From the IMG/VR virus record IMGVR_UViG_3300048821_000030, positions 1 through 55,558 of that record: a stretch of 55,558 bases of DNA; one strand, given 5' to 3'. Shown here piece after piece: positions 1 through 8,815 of this stretch. The notes below the pieces were generated by a model that made no database searches, was not told the origin of the DNA, and saw only the letters and a program-made list of their open reading frames with translations. Made by a program: the position numbers and the translations under genes. Every line of letters begins with the position of its first letter. The first letter of the stretch is position 1. The DNA comes from a virus (lineage: Duplodnaviria > Caudoviricetes).

Positions 1-211
1 AGGCCGGGAGAGTCATTCCGTAGTCTTGAAAAAGGGATACGGTTGGCACACAGGGAACTCCTGTGCTCGTCACCAAACAGACACGGACTTGAGCCCCAGG
101 AACCGGCTGGCCGTACTGAGAGATCACCACTCCTGAAATAGGAATGGCGACTTGCGACCATCCGAGAGGAGCTAGGGCAGCGCAAATGATTATCGAGGCG
201 AGGCGCTTCAT
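1..211 (-). CDS. Partial (runs off window) signal-peptide-bearing protein, probably N-terminus of a tail fibre/surface protein
   Basis: Manual translation MKRLASIIICAALAPLGWSQVAIPISGVVISQYGQPVPGAQVRVC...; Sec-type signal peptide followed by a G-x-P-V-P-G-A-x-V beta-sandwich motif; preceded by TACCAT-N6-ATG; not in ORF track. Confidence 0.6.
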   Translation of the reverse strand, partial: MKRLASIIICAALAPLGWSQVAIPISGVVISQYGQPVPGAQVRVCLVTSTGVPCVPTVSLFQDYGMTLPA

Positions 212-255
212 GCCTTCATGGTAGGCAAAACCGAGTTCCCTTTACAATGGGAAAA

Positions 256-642
256 TCAAGGCGCATCTATGAGGTACGGCATTTTGCTACTTCCTTTTTT
301 GGAATTGCACCAACCACATACCGCCGCTGAAACTGGCCTGCCTCCAATTTGTATGCGGTCGTCACGCTTGGACCCACCAGACCCCCTCCCGTTCTCGTGG
401 TCAAACTGGACCTCATCCTTCGGCCATCGGCCCTGACGCTGCTTGCATATGAACGTGATCTGCAAGGCGCACCTGCGGCCTTGGCGCTCCCACATCTCCA
501 GTTTGCGGCGCTGGTACTCGTCAGAACCGGCTTTGGTCTTCAGGTCAAGGATCTCCCGACCGTCGGGGAACACCTTCATGGCAGGCTTCGGCGGCTTCTT
601 GGGAGGGTGAAGGTAGTTCTGCATGTAGGTAGGATCGCTCAT
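256..642 (-). CDS. HNH-type (His-Me finger) nuclease
   Basis: RCAL...IC, FDH, and CGWCNSKKG motifs typical of zinc-binding HNH nucleases. Confidence 0.65.
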   Translation of the reverse strand: MSDPTYMQNYLHPPKKPPKPAMKVFPDGREILDLKTKAGSDEYQRRKLEMWERQGRRCALQITFICKQRQGRWPKDEVQFDHENGRGSGGSKRDDRIQIGGRPVSAAVCGWCNSKKGSSKMPYLIDAP

Positions 643-1403
643 GCTGCGGATTCCAAATTTTGGAGTGAAGCCGCAAGTTCGAGAATGGACTCTTCGTTCA
701 AGATAACCACCTGCGAGAGTATTTCGTCGGAAGACAACTCCGATTCGATCAGTTCCTTGATCTTCTTGCAGCGTTGGACTGCCGTGGTGATTACGGTAAT
801 CAAAGATGGCGTTCCGGTTTTCTCGGCCACGAGCAGTTCAAGCGTTCTGCTCTCATCCCCCTCACAGCCGAATTCCTTGGATATTTCCAATAGGCCGGCG
901 TCGACTACCTTCTTCCTCGACCGTGGCATCTTCACGCTAAATGAGACGATCTTCTCCCGACCGTTCGACGGCTTCTCTTTGCCGTTCATCTCTTCATCGA
1001 TTACAGCTTTGAACGTGTCGGTGGAATCGGTTGCCGCCCGCCGCATCCAGTATTCTGTAAGCCGCTTCGATTCGGGCAAGTCCATTAGGGCTTCGGCGTT
1101 GGTCAATTTTTGGGAGCAAAATAATTTCTCTTCGACGCCGGGGAATGCCTCCGCAATTCTCATTACGTTAAAGAATGTGCTCTGCTTCACCCCAGAGGCT
1201 TCCTGGGCCTCTTTCTTGCTGGCGTAGCCAAGAATTCCCCAAAGCCCCTCTCTCTCCAAAGCCGCCGCGTGATACCCGATCCTCAAAGAGTTCGTCGACA
1301 CCAGCGGTCCTGACTGCTGGATCGCTTTCCAATGGCTTAAAGCCTCTTTCTTTCGGCTTGCCGCCTCTGCTTCTAGTTCGGGCATTGCTAAAATGGTCGC
1401 CAT
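639..1403 (-). CDS. Hypothetical protein, possibly DNA-binding
   Basis: 254-aa ORF with GAGG SD, overlapping the HNH start; helical N-terminal region. Confidence 0.5.
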   Translation of the reverse strand: MATILAMPELEAEAASRKKEALSHWKAIQQSGPLVSTNSLRIGYHAAALEREGLWGILGYASKKEAQEASGVKQSTFFNVMRIAEAFPGVEEKLFCSQKLTNAEALMDLPESKRLTEYWMRRAATDSTDTFKAVIDEEMNGKEKPSNGREKIVSFSVKMPRSRKKVVDAGLLEISKEFGCEGDESRTLELLVAEKTGTPSLITVITTAVQRCKKIKELIESELSSDEILSQVVILNEESILELAASLQNLESAA

Positions 1404-1415
1404 GATTTTCCTCTC

Positions 1416-2792
1416 CTAAATGATTTGCCTCTGCGGGTAAGTGAATCTGAGATGGTCCCTGTCAAAGTAACAGGTGATCTTGCCGCGCTTGCCTTCCCTC
1501 TGCTTGGCAATTTTTATCTCCACATCCAAGAGGTCGCCTCGTTCTCGCTTCTCCGGGTCTTCAATGCTAATCATCAGCATGTTCTGTGCGGCGTGGGAGA
1601 TTACCGACCCTCCGAAGTTTGAGTCTGTAGTCCTGCCCTTTTTCTTCATGAAACCATCGGCCTTGCTGTACTGGCTCAAAACTACCAAATGGATAGTAGG
1701 CTCCTGCTTGGGGATGTCTCTGAGCATGTAGATCGTATTTGCGAATTGCTCTGTTCCGCGCAGCCCAGGCATCCCTTGAAGAAGTTGGACATAATCTATC
1801 ACGAAGAGGCGGATCTTAAACTTCCTCGCCATCATGCGGATTCTGGACCGGAGCTTATCAACCCGCAACGGGCTTGTGTCGTCAATTCGAATCGGAAGCC
1901 GAGCAAGTTCCTCGGATACCTTTTTCATCTCGGGGATGTGCGTGTGAAGATTCATTAGTCGCGGATCGCGGATGTGATCTGCCGTCAGAATATCGCTCAT
2001 GGCCGCATAGTACCGCTGGGCAACTTTCTCTTTGGACATTTCCATCGAGAACCATGCACAAGGGATACCCTCTCTTGCGTTCGCCAAAGTCATCTGCACC
2101 GCTGCGGCCGTTTTGCCTCCCGAATTCTCACCGCTGATAATTGTGAACTCCCCACTGAATGCGCCGTGCGTGAACTCGTCCAAACCGGCCAACCCCCAGG
2201 TCATCTCCAGTGCTGTGCGCTCATTTGAAATGACGCGGCTTTTGTTGATTCTCTCCTCTACTGCCGGGATGCAGGCACCGATCTCTACCGAGTGGCTTGT
2301 CCCTTCCGCTTCCTCATCTCCCAATTGGTCTTGGATTGCTGATCGAACCTGATCTGCGGTTTCTGACTGATCCTGAGCCCTCGCCAGTCCAGCATTGAAT
2401 ATCCCCATCAGCCTCCGCAGGCGTGCCTTATTTTGGACTATTCGAACATGCTCCTCGATGTGGATGTTTCTGTAAATGCCTTCACTGAGGCTGAGGATGT
2501 ATGCAAATCCGCCCACATTGTCGAGCCACTTTCGCTTGCGCAACTCCTCGGCAAGCGTCATGTCGTCTACATGGAGAACCCCTTCGACCATTCCAAAAAG
2601 GATCTCATTGATGCAGGTAAAGATTTTTCGATTAGAATCCAAATAAAAGTCTTCAGATTTTATGTCTAACGTGTCGTCAAAAAAGGCTTCATTGTCTGTA
2701 ATGATTTTGCCGAGAATAACCCTCTCGGCATCTGCATTCGATGGGAGGGGTGATTCAATCCCGTAATCTCTTGGTTCTGCTTTTTGGCTCAC
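1416..2792 (-). CDS. dnaB: Replicative DNA helicase, DnaB family
   Basis: N-terminal PSNADAERVILG, EDFY; Walker A GENSGGKT; FSMEM; IDYVQL; LSQ; IAKQREG. Confidence 0.95.
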   Translation of the reverse strand: MSQKAEPRDYGIESPLPSNADAERVILGKIITDNEAFFDDTLDIKSEDFYLDSNRKIFTCINEILFGMVEGVLHVDDMTLAEELRKRKWLDNVGGFAYILSLSEGIYRNIHIEEHVRIVQNKARLRRLMGIFNAGLARAQDQSETADQVRSAIQDQLGDEEAEGTSHSVEIGACIPAVEERINKSRVISNERTALEMTWGLAGLDEFTHGAFSGEFTIISGENSGGKTAAAVQMTLANAREGIPCAWFSMEMSKEKVAQRYYAAMSDILTADHIRDPRLMNLHTHIPEMKKVSEELARLPIRIDDTSPLRVDKLRSRIRMMARKFKIRLFVIDYVQLLQGMPGLRGTEQFANTIYMLRDIPKQEPTIHLVVLSQYSKADGFMKKKGRTTDSNFGGSVISHAAQNMLMISIEDPEKRERGDLLDVEIKIAKQREGKRGKITCYFDRDHLRFTYPQRQII

Positions 2793-3070
2793 GATAGATC
2801 GCTCAGTTCTATAATTTCAGCCGGCCAGGGGAACCGCTTTCCCTCTTTCAAATAGTTCTTCAATCCCCGCTCCAGTTCCTTTTCGTCAAGACCATCCAAC
2901 CCCTCAACAAAGATGCCTATCAACTCTTCGTCGACGACGCGGTTCCTGTCGATGGCTGCGTACTTGTAGAGATATTCCCCAATCAAAGCCGTTCGCTGCT
3001 GGCTAGGCGTTAGCGACTGCGGCTGCGACTGCTTCACGATTTCGGTCCCTGATGCTAGCCGCTTCCCCAT
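2789..3070 (-). CDS. Putative helicase loader (lambda P/G39P-like)
   Basis: Lies between initiator and DnaB; C-terminal KRFPWPAEI motif; SD GGAGG before ATG at 3070. Confidence 0.5.
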   Translation of the reverse strand: MGKRLASGTEIVKQSQPQSLTPSQQRTALIGEYLYKYAAIDRNRVVDEELIGIFVEGLDGLDEKELERGLKNYLKEGKRFPWPAEIIELSDLS

Positions 3071-3629
3071 GCTTTCCTCCTCCATTGACCATCGGCTTTC
3101 CGTACCTGTCCAGCGGAGCCGCCGAATACTCTGCCAGTTTGTCCACCCAAGCATACAACCCTTGAGCATGATTCACTTCGCTCTTGCCACGGTTGTTAAG
3201 AGCCTTCCGCCACATCTCCTGAGTCCAATCCTTGTGTATGCGGAGAAACCTGTTCACAGCCATTCCGTCCATCGCCATCATCGTGAACATGGTTCCCGGA
3301 TTGGCCCACTCGAAGTATTTCTTCAGGTCGTCGATAAAGGCTATACGGCGTTCCGTTGCCGAGTCCAAATTTTGGAGTATCACTCCATCCCCAGACTTCA
3401 CCACCCCGCAGCGCCACTTCGTACTCTTGGGAACCTTTGCAACTAACTCAGGAACCGCTACAGAGACCTCCTTGATCCCGTCCAGCATATTCCCCGTCTT
3501 GCAGCGCACAAGACCAGCCAAAGCCGCTGTGGTGGCTTCCGTGCCGTCTGCAATCTTCACGGCTATGTACGCCAAGACGCCATTAGACGACAGTTGCTCG
3601 ATGATCGATGTGTCGATTGTCAGTTCCAT
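3003..3629 (-). CDS. Putative replication initiator
   Basis: Position upstream of loader and DnaB; N-terminal wHTH-like segment; start re-called at MELTID. Confidence 0.45.
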   Translation of the reverse strand: MELTIDTSIIEQLSSNGVLAYIAVKIADGTEATTAALAGLVRCKTGNMLDGIKEVSVAVPELVAKVPKSTKWRCGVVKSGDGVILQNLDSATERRIAFIDDLKKYFEWANPGTMFTMMAMDGMAVNRFLRIHKDWTQEMWRKALNNRGKSEVNHAQGLYAWVDKLAEYSAAPLDRYGKPMVNGGGKHGEAASIRDRNREAVAAAVANA

Positions 3630-3782
3630 GAATTCCCTTTCTCCGGCCCAATCGGAGGGTGGGAGAGTGATTGGGGCCACTCTCCCACTAGGAGGGCGCA
3701 ACTCGCAGGTTCGCTCTGCGGTCACTTCCCAGGCACCAGCCCGAGCACCTACAGACTAGCACAAAACTGCCAACAGCCGCGA

Positions 3783-4106
3783 CTACTCTTCTTCCGACTC
3801 CCCTTCTTCTGAGCCGGCTTTCACCTTGACCTTGATGTTCTCCGACTCGTGAACGATGTCGATGCGGATGTTGTCGCGGTGATAGTGCTCACGCTTCTGC
3901 GCCTTCATCAACTGGAGAAGTTGTCCCTTGAGTTCCACTTCGCTGCGGCTGAGACTGCATCGCTGGTCGCGGACTTCGGCGTACTCCAATGCCTTGTCTT
4001 CGAGCACTGCGATCTTGGTGTCTTCCATCTCTGGAAGTTGCTGTTGCCTCGGGCCTTTCTTCACTTCCGGGGCTTTCTTTGCTGCGGCTTTCTTTTTCGT
4101 TGCCAT
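3783..4106 (-). CDS. Hypothetical phage protein
   Basis: 107-aa ORF with AAGGAG SD. Confidence 0.6.
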   Translation of the reverse strand: MATKKKAAAKKAPEVKKGPRQQQLPEMEDTKIAVLEDKALEYAEVRDQRCSLSRSEVELKGQLLQLMKAQKREHYHRDNIRIDIVHESENIKVKVKAGSEEGESEEE

Positions 4107-4117
4107 TCGTTTCTCCT

Positions 4118-4603
4118 TTAGAACAAGGTTCCGGCCATTTCCGGTTGTGCTGCGCCTACTTGGATTTCAACCCCACACGCCACTGTTACTTCCACTCGTT
4201 CCGGTGCGCCGTAATGCTTCCTTGCTGTGAGAGACACAACCTGGGAGTCGTCCTCGTACAAGACACCCGTGAAAGAATCTCCGCATCCACGGCAGAGCTT
4301 GTCCAAATCCGGCCGTACCACCATCTCAGTTCTCTTCTTCGACACAGACTGCGGCTTTAGGAAATAGAAGTCCAGTTCGATGCTCACCGGAACATGCTTC
4401 GCGGCCATCGGTCGTTGCATGTTTGCAGCCGCTATTGCCCGTATTGCCTCGCGGGTAACTTCACCACGAAAAGTTTTTAGGTCCTTGTTGTCGCTGGTGA
4501 TTATAGCCCTGTCTTGCTGTCCCCACTTACCCTTCACAATGAAGGCGCGACTTGAACCTTGGGGCTCCGGCTTCACGAACGCTGTGAATCTTACTTCGCT
4601 CAT
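4118..4603 (-). CDS. rusA: RusA-like Holliday junction resolvase
   Basis: PEPQGS, RPDLDKL..D, YEDDSQVV..KHYG motifs. Confidence 0.9.
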   Translation of the reverse strand: MSEVRFTAFVKPEPQGSSRAFIVKGKWGQQDRAIITSDNKDLKTFRGEVTREAIRAIAAANMQRPMAAKHVPVSIELDFYFLKPQSVSKKRTEMVVRPDLDKLCRGCGDSFTGVLYEDDSQVVSLTARKHYGAPERVEVTVACGVEIQVGAAQPEMAGTLF

Positions 4604-5157
4604 CCCTTCGCCATCCTTTTGATTCCGAAGTCGCGCAGTTTGATTTTTGCCATGCGTCCGTCTAGGTGATGAAACACGATACCCTCAATGTCCCTGCCCG
4701 TCATCCAATCCAGCAGTTCTTCAAACGTGCGCGGCGCATCATCGTAGACATCAGTTTGCCCATGCGAGACAAGTTCGTGCGCTTCGTAGTGCTCCGGGTT
4801 GCCCTGTACCTTCGGCCCAACCAATTCATAAGTCCCGTCCGGTGGAGTTCCGAGCTTTAGAGCTTCACGGAACCACTTGTCTTCGGGACCATCTCCGACA
4901 GGAACCCACCCTACAGATTTCTTCGTTTCTTCGTCATGGCCAGCAAGTTCAAAACCGACCGGAACGGAATCTCCTTCCCGCAGTTCCCGCCGCCTGTAGA
5001 GAAGACGATCACGGACCATCGCACAGGCTCCGTCAATCTTCCGAGTCGCCACGCCCTCTCCAGCAGCGACCCACTCACAACCCGCATGAATCTGATTCAG
5101 AACACGCGACCTGTCCCCATTCCAGTCTCGTTCAAACATCGTGGGTATCTTATTCAT
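4600..5157 (-). CDS. DUF5565-like nucleotidyltransferase (RNA ligase-like)
   Basis: KIPTMF start, motif I RKIDG, GTYELVGPKVQGNP, EGIVF, AKIK. Confidence 0.75.
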   Translation of the reverse strand: MNKIPTMFERDWNGDRSRVLNQIHAGCEWVAAGEGVATRKIDGACAMVRDRLLYRRRELREGDSVPVGFELAGHDEETKKSVGWVPVGDGPEDKWFREALKLGTPPDGTYELVGPKVQGNPEHYEAHELVSHGQTDVYDDAPRTFEELLDWMTGRDIEGIVFHHLDGRMAKIKLRDFGIKRMAKG

Positions 5158-5510
5158 TCCGCTCCAATCTCCACCAGCACCAGCGGGTTGTCCGTAGACT
5201 TCACCCTGACAGTCTTTCCATTCACTTCCAGCACCAACGGCCTGCGGTTTCCAGTGTCGTCAAAATGCCACCCAAACAACTCGTCCACCTTCAAATCAAA
5301 GTACCGTGCGATCTGAAAAGCCAACTCCAGCGAAGGTATAGCCCGGTGCTTCAAAACCGCTTCCGCATGGTTCTTCGATATTTCAAAAATCTCCGCAAAC
5401 TCCCTGATGCTCAAGCCGTGAATCCTGGCTAGTTGGTACAAGAGCGGCATTGCCAGTGTTCCGTACACGGCTCGTTGCCGCTCGATAGTGCGCTGGAGAT
5501 TAGTCGGCAT
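5154..5510 (-). CDS. XRE/Cro-type HTH transcriptional regulator
   Basis: GLSIREFAEIFEIS...PSLELAFQIARYFDLKVDELF. Confidence 0.85.
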   Translation of the reverse strand: MPTNLQRTIERQRAVYGTLAMPLLYQLARIHGLSIREFAEIFEISKNHAEAVLKHRAIPSLELAFQIARYFDLKVDELFGWHFDDTGNRRPLVLEVNGKTVRVKSTDNPLVLVEIGAE

Positions 5511-5724
5511 TTTTTCGTTGGTTGAATCTGCGGAACTTAAGTGCGCTTTCCAATGCGTCTCTGAGTTTGTCATCGGGAGCGGTTTCGATATTCTGTTTAA
5601 TCCATTCCGCAATGGTTACTGGAGCAGTGCGATCCTGTTCCACTAGAGTGAATGTTCCCTGTCCACGCGCTTTAGCTTTGGCATGAACCGCTGTGTCGCG
5701 GTCGTTCTCTGAGAGTTGATACAT
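5500..5724 (-). CDS. Hypothetical protein
   Basis: 74-aa ORF, SD present, in operon context. Confidence 0.55.
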   Translation of the reverse strand: MYQLSENDRDTAVHAKAKARGQGTFTLVEQDRTAPVTIAEWIKQNIETAPDDKLRDALESALKFRRFNQRKNAD

Positions 5725-5883
5725 TCAGTTTTCCTTTCGCAGTTGTAGAAGTTCGGTGCAGATTTCAAGGTCAAGCAATGCTCGATCCTGTACAGTTTGA
5801 GGCGCGTATTCACCGACCACGATGCGACTGGTAGCGTGTTCGAGTTCTTTCTTTCTGTTTTCGATTACTTTGATGTCCAGCAT
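5725..5883 (-). CDS. Small hypothetical protein (52 aa)
   Basis: Manual translation MLDIKVIENRKKELEHATS...; fills the gap between ACP and the next gene; GAGGGGG SD. Confidence 0.5.
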   Translation of the reverse strand: MLDIKVIENRKKELEHATSRIVVGEYAPQTVQDRALLDLEICTELLQLRKEN

Positions 5884-5891
5884 GGCCCCCT

Positions 5892-6134
5892 CTACTTCAC
5901 CTTCGCCATAACGTAGTCGAGTACATCCTTCACCGTCCCGGCACCGACGAGCTTCTCGACATCATCATCGGAAAGTACAATGTCCCACTCCTCTTCAACC
6001 TGCATCGTCAACTCGACTATATCCAGTGAGTCGGCCCCCAGGTCGTCCATCAGTTTTGCGCCGGGAGTCACTTCAGTTTCATCCACTCCCAACTGCACGG
6101 CAATGATTTGCTTCACTCTCTCTTCGGTGTTCAA
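5892..6134 (-). CDS. acpP: Acyl carrier protein
   Basis: EERVKQII..QLGVD..EVTP.A.LMDDLGADSLDIVEL, with the phosphopantetheine Ser intact; TTG start after GGGAGG. Confidence 0.93.
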   Translation of the reverse strand: MNTEERVKQIIAVQLGVDETEVTPGAKLMDDLGADSLDIVELTMQVEEEWDIVLSDDDVEKLVGAGTVKDVLDYVMAKVK

Positions 6135-6427
6135 TCTTCCCCCTCCCAATGATTCCAAATTTTGGAATGCGCGGGCTGTGGCAGTGTGACCTCACCGGCC
6201 AATTACGGAACTGTGTCCCAACCCGAACATCTCCACCCGGCCCCTTCTCCATCGGCTGCTGCCAAGTCTTTCGACTCCCCTCTCAGGTTCAAGGCGCTCG
6301 TCTTGGTCGGAACCTTACCGGATGGAAACTTAAAATGAGGGGTTATTTGTTCGAAGGATTTTACGCCCACGTACTACCAACCCCTCATGCCGCAGTGGGA
6401 TTCTCTCCCCTTTCGTACCTGCGGAAC

Positions 6428-7177
6428 CTAGCTCCTGAAGTGAGTGGATGCCTGCTTGTCCAACCTGCATCCAGGCAACGAGAATCCATCCTTCTCCAGA
6501 GCCGCTTTCTTGTCCAACCAGCCCTGATCGAGAGTGAAGCACTGCATCGGCGCCGTACCTGCGGCCACGGCCTTGAGCAGCGCCTTCACGTCCGTCACCA
6601 CGCACTTGTACGCGGTCTTGCCCACCTGCCCGACCATCCGTACAGGCGCTTCCTGCTGAATCACCACCGGAGCCGCCATGATTGGCTCTTCCAGAACTGC
6701 GTATGCGGCTTCTGAGTCTCCAGCCTCGTCAAGCTCCGCTGCCCTCTCCAGTTGCTCCTTACGGGCCGCTGCTTCGGCTTCCTCGCGGGCGATGCGCTCC
6801 AACTCCTGCTGCTTGCGCTGTACCTCTTGGTTGTACCCAGTGATGAGGCCCCCAAGCCGCCGCTTCTCCGCGTCCACCGGCCCCGCAAACTCCTTTTCGT
6901 GGAGTAGAAGCGGAGCCTTGAAAGCGTCTACCTGCTGCTTCAGCGGCTTGTAAAACAACTCGACTTCCCTCGTCGAAGCCTGAAGCACCCGACCGGCGTT
7001 GTTGGCCGATTCCAACTCTTCAGGCGACGTTACCTGCTTGATCTTGGAGGAATCCAAAACAAGCTGCTGAATATCTTTCTTGAGTGCAAGCCAACGGCGC
7101 TCATACTCGCTACCCGGCCCAAGCAATTCGACCGGAACCTTCAAAACCAACTGCCCTTCCAATACCGCTGTTCCCAT
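6428..7177 (-). CDS. Coiled-coil protein of recombination module
   Basis: 249 aa, long Glu/Ala/Arg-rich helix, C-terminal LPGC; adjacent to nuclease. Confidence 0.55.
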   Translation of the reverse strand: MGTAVLEGQLVLKVPVELLGPGSEYERRWLALKKDIQQLVLDSSKIKQVTSPEELESANNAGRVLQASTREVELFYKPLKQQVDAFKAPLLLHEKEFAGPVDAEKRRLGGLITGYNQEVQRKQQELERIAREEAEAAARKEQLERAAELDEAGDSEAAYAVLEEPIMAAPVVIQQEAPVRMVGQVGKTAYKCVVTDVKALLKAVAAGTAPMQCFTLDQGWLDKKAALEKDGFSLPGCRLDKQASTHFRS

Positions 7178-7215
7178 TTCAACCCTCCATTTCAGTTTTT
7201 CTGCCTACATGAAGT

Positions 7216-7863
7216 CTAACCCAGTTTCGCCAATCCCGCATTCAACTTGAGAATTGCCCCGGAAAGCAGAATTTGAAACTCCCTCTGCGCCGGTATCAGG
7301 TCTATGTAGTGCGGGTGTACGATGCCCTCTTTGTCGAACTGAAGCACTACCCCCATCCAGCCGCCGTTTTTCTTGTCCTGAGCCGCAGTGTAACCACCCA
7401 ACTGCCAGCGCCACGTCGGAGAGAACTTCACTCCACTCTTCAAGTCGATTACGGCTTGACGCTCTTTCCCCTGATGCACGATGGTCCCGCGAAGGTCGAC
7501 CGTCAACCCGTACTCCATGCCGTAGAGGGAATGAATCCGCATCTCCTCTGCGGCTTCATACTTGAACTGCATAGCCTTGAGCTTCTGCTCAATCCCGGTC
7601 ACGGCCGGGATGATCGCCATGTCGAGGCTGTCCCAATCCAGATCCCCTTCGACTAGAAGTTCGATGGCTTTGTGAACCGCGATTCCGTAGTTCCGCTTCC
7701 ACTCAAGAATGTCCGGCGGAACCCCGTCAAAATCATTGCAGCCGAGGATGCTGAATACCTGAGTCGTGGACGGCACAATCGTGCCGCGCTCACTTCTGTA
7801 CAGATGCTTCTTTTCATCGAAAAATCCGCCTGGAATTTCTTTTCCCCAATCCCCATTTGCCAC
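7216..7863 (-). CDS. PD-(D/E)XK exonuclease (RecB/Cas4-like fold)
   Basis: FDEKKHLY, VPSTTQV, GIAVH, VD...IDLKSG, WQLGGY. Confidence 0.8.
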   Translation of the reverse strand: MANGDWGKEIPGGFFDEKKHLYRSERGTIVPSTTQVFSILGCNDFDGVPPDILEWKRNYGIAVHKAIELLVEGDLDWDSLDMAIIPAVTGIEQKLKAMQFKYEAAEEMRIHSLYGMEYGLTVDLRGTIVHQGKERQAVIDLKSGVKFSPTWRWQLGGYTAAQDKKNGGWMGVVLQFDKEGIVHPHYIDLIPAQREFQILLSGAILKLNAGLAKLG

Positions 7864-7877
7864 GTCACCCTCCCTGC

Positions 7878-8126
7878 TTACAAGTTCCTCTTAATCCACC
7901 GCTTACCCTTCCAAACATTCGTTTGCCGTTCCACAAAGTCCGCAAGCTCCCTCAGACACGCCGGATCAAAGATCGTGTTCTTCTCCGGCCAGAACACGTA
8001 CTTGCGCCAAGCCGGATGGAAGGACGCAAAACCAAGTAGGCATGATCCCTTCACTGATAGAACTGCCCACTTCTCTGTCTTGCGGCCTTCCTCTTGCGGC
8101 TGGAGTACAAAGTCCATGTAGGCCAT
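7878..8126 (-). CDS. Hypothetical phage protein
   Basis: ATG overlaps upstream stop; WRKYVF..F D..CL.EL.DF motif. Confidence 0.55.
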   Translation of the reverse strand: MAYMDFVLQPQEEGRKTEKWAVLSVKGSCLLGFASFHPAWRKYVFWPEKNTIFDPACLRELADFVERQTNVWKGKRWIKRNL

Positions 8127-8383
8127 CAGGAAATCCGTGAAAACGGCTTCACGTTTTTCCACAAATTTCCGAAAGTTACGCCCACCGACCCGCCGATAGC
8201 GCCGCCTGCGATCTGAGCCGCTTCGTCGGACGTGCAGTCGTCGTACTCGTACAGCGACGGCCCCCGGCTACCTTTGGCAAGGAAGAGGATTCTCCCCTGG
8301 CTGGTTTCTGCGTTGAACAACACTTGGTCGATCTGTGAACTTGCTTGCGACGGTATTACCTCAAAACCGCTTTCGTCTGCCAT
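8126..8383 (-). CDS. KTSC-domain-like protein
   Basis: SSQI..V.F, L.F, YEY, SVG..F pattern; start re-called at MADESG. Confidence 0.6.
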   Translation of the reverse strand: MADESGFEVIPSQASSQIDQVLFNAETSQGRILFLAKGSRGPSLYEYDDCTSDEAAQIAGGAIGGSVGVTFGNLWKNVKPFSRIS

Positions 8384-8384
8384 G

Positions 8385-8765
8385 TTACTTTCCCTCCATT
8401 GGAATTCCGAGTTTAGTGCAAACTTCTTCCACCGTTCCGTCCACAAACCGCTTACCGGCAGCACATATAACGCACGTTGGCTCTTCATTTTGACAACCAA
8501 CCCCGATTACATCGTTAGCGTCGATTACAAGGCTCCCCGTACCTTTTCCTAAGTTGCACTTGAGCGTAACCCATCGCGGCGATCTCATCAGCGGGTTGGC
8601 AATCTTCGCTAGATGCTCGTTGGCTTCGGCAAGCTGAGCCGCTACCTCGGAGAGCAGAGAAAGAGCAAGGGAATTAAATCCAGCCTCGTGTTCGGCCACA
8701 GACGTTGAATTGAGTATCTGCTCTTGCAACTTCTCGTTGAGTGTTCTGATGTCTTTGGCTTTCAT
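8385..8765 (-). CDS. Hypothetical protein
   Basis: 126-aa ORF with AGGAG SD. Confidence 0.55.
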   Translation of the reverse strand: MKAKDIRTLNEKLQEQILNSTSVAEHEAGFNSLALSLLSEVAAQLAEANEHLAKIANPLMRSPRWVTLKCNLGKGTGSLVIDANDVIGVGCQNEEPTCVICAAGKRFVDGTVEEVCTKLGIPMEGK

Positions 8766-8815
8766 CGGTTACGCTCCTGCACTTGCAACGGCTTTTCCAT
8801 CCCCAATACCTCCAC

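Noticed and set aside
349-1227. Long plus-strand ORFs (also 4647..5432, 20512..21333, 53580..54431, 51472..52119)
   Set aside because: Antisense shadows of well-supported minus-strand genes, with no motifs or SD.
3659-3688. 11-bp stem GTGGGAGAGTG/CACTCTCCCAC upstream of the initiator
   Set aside because: A real hairpin, but with no U-tract or other support; function cannot be assigned.
6210-6300. 6S RNA-like words (CCTTGAACC, GAGATGTTCG) on the minus strand
   Set aside because: They are in the wrong order, the GGTTCAAG partner is missing and I could not fold a long rod; kept only as a generic ncRNA candidate.
7216-7863. Cas4 as part of a CRISPR system
   Set aside because: Lacks the Fe-S cysteines and sits in a recombination module.
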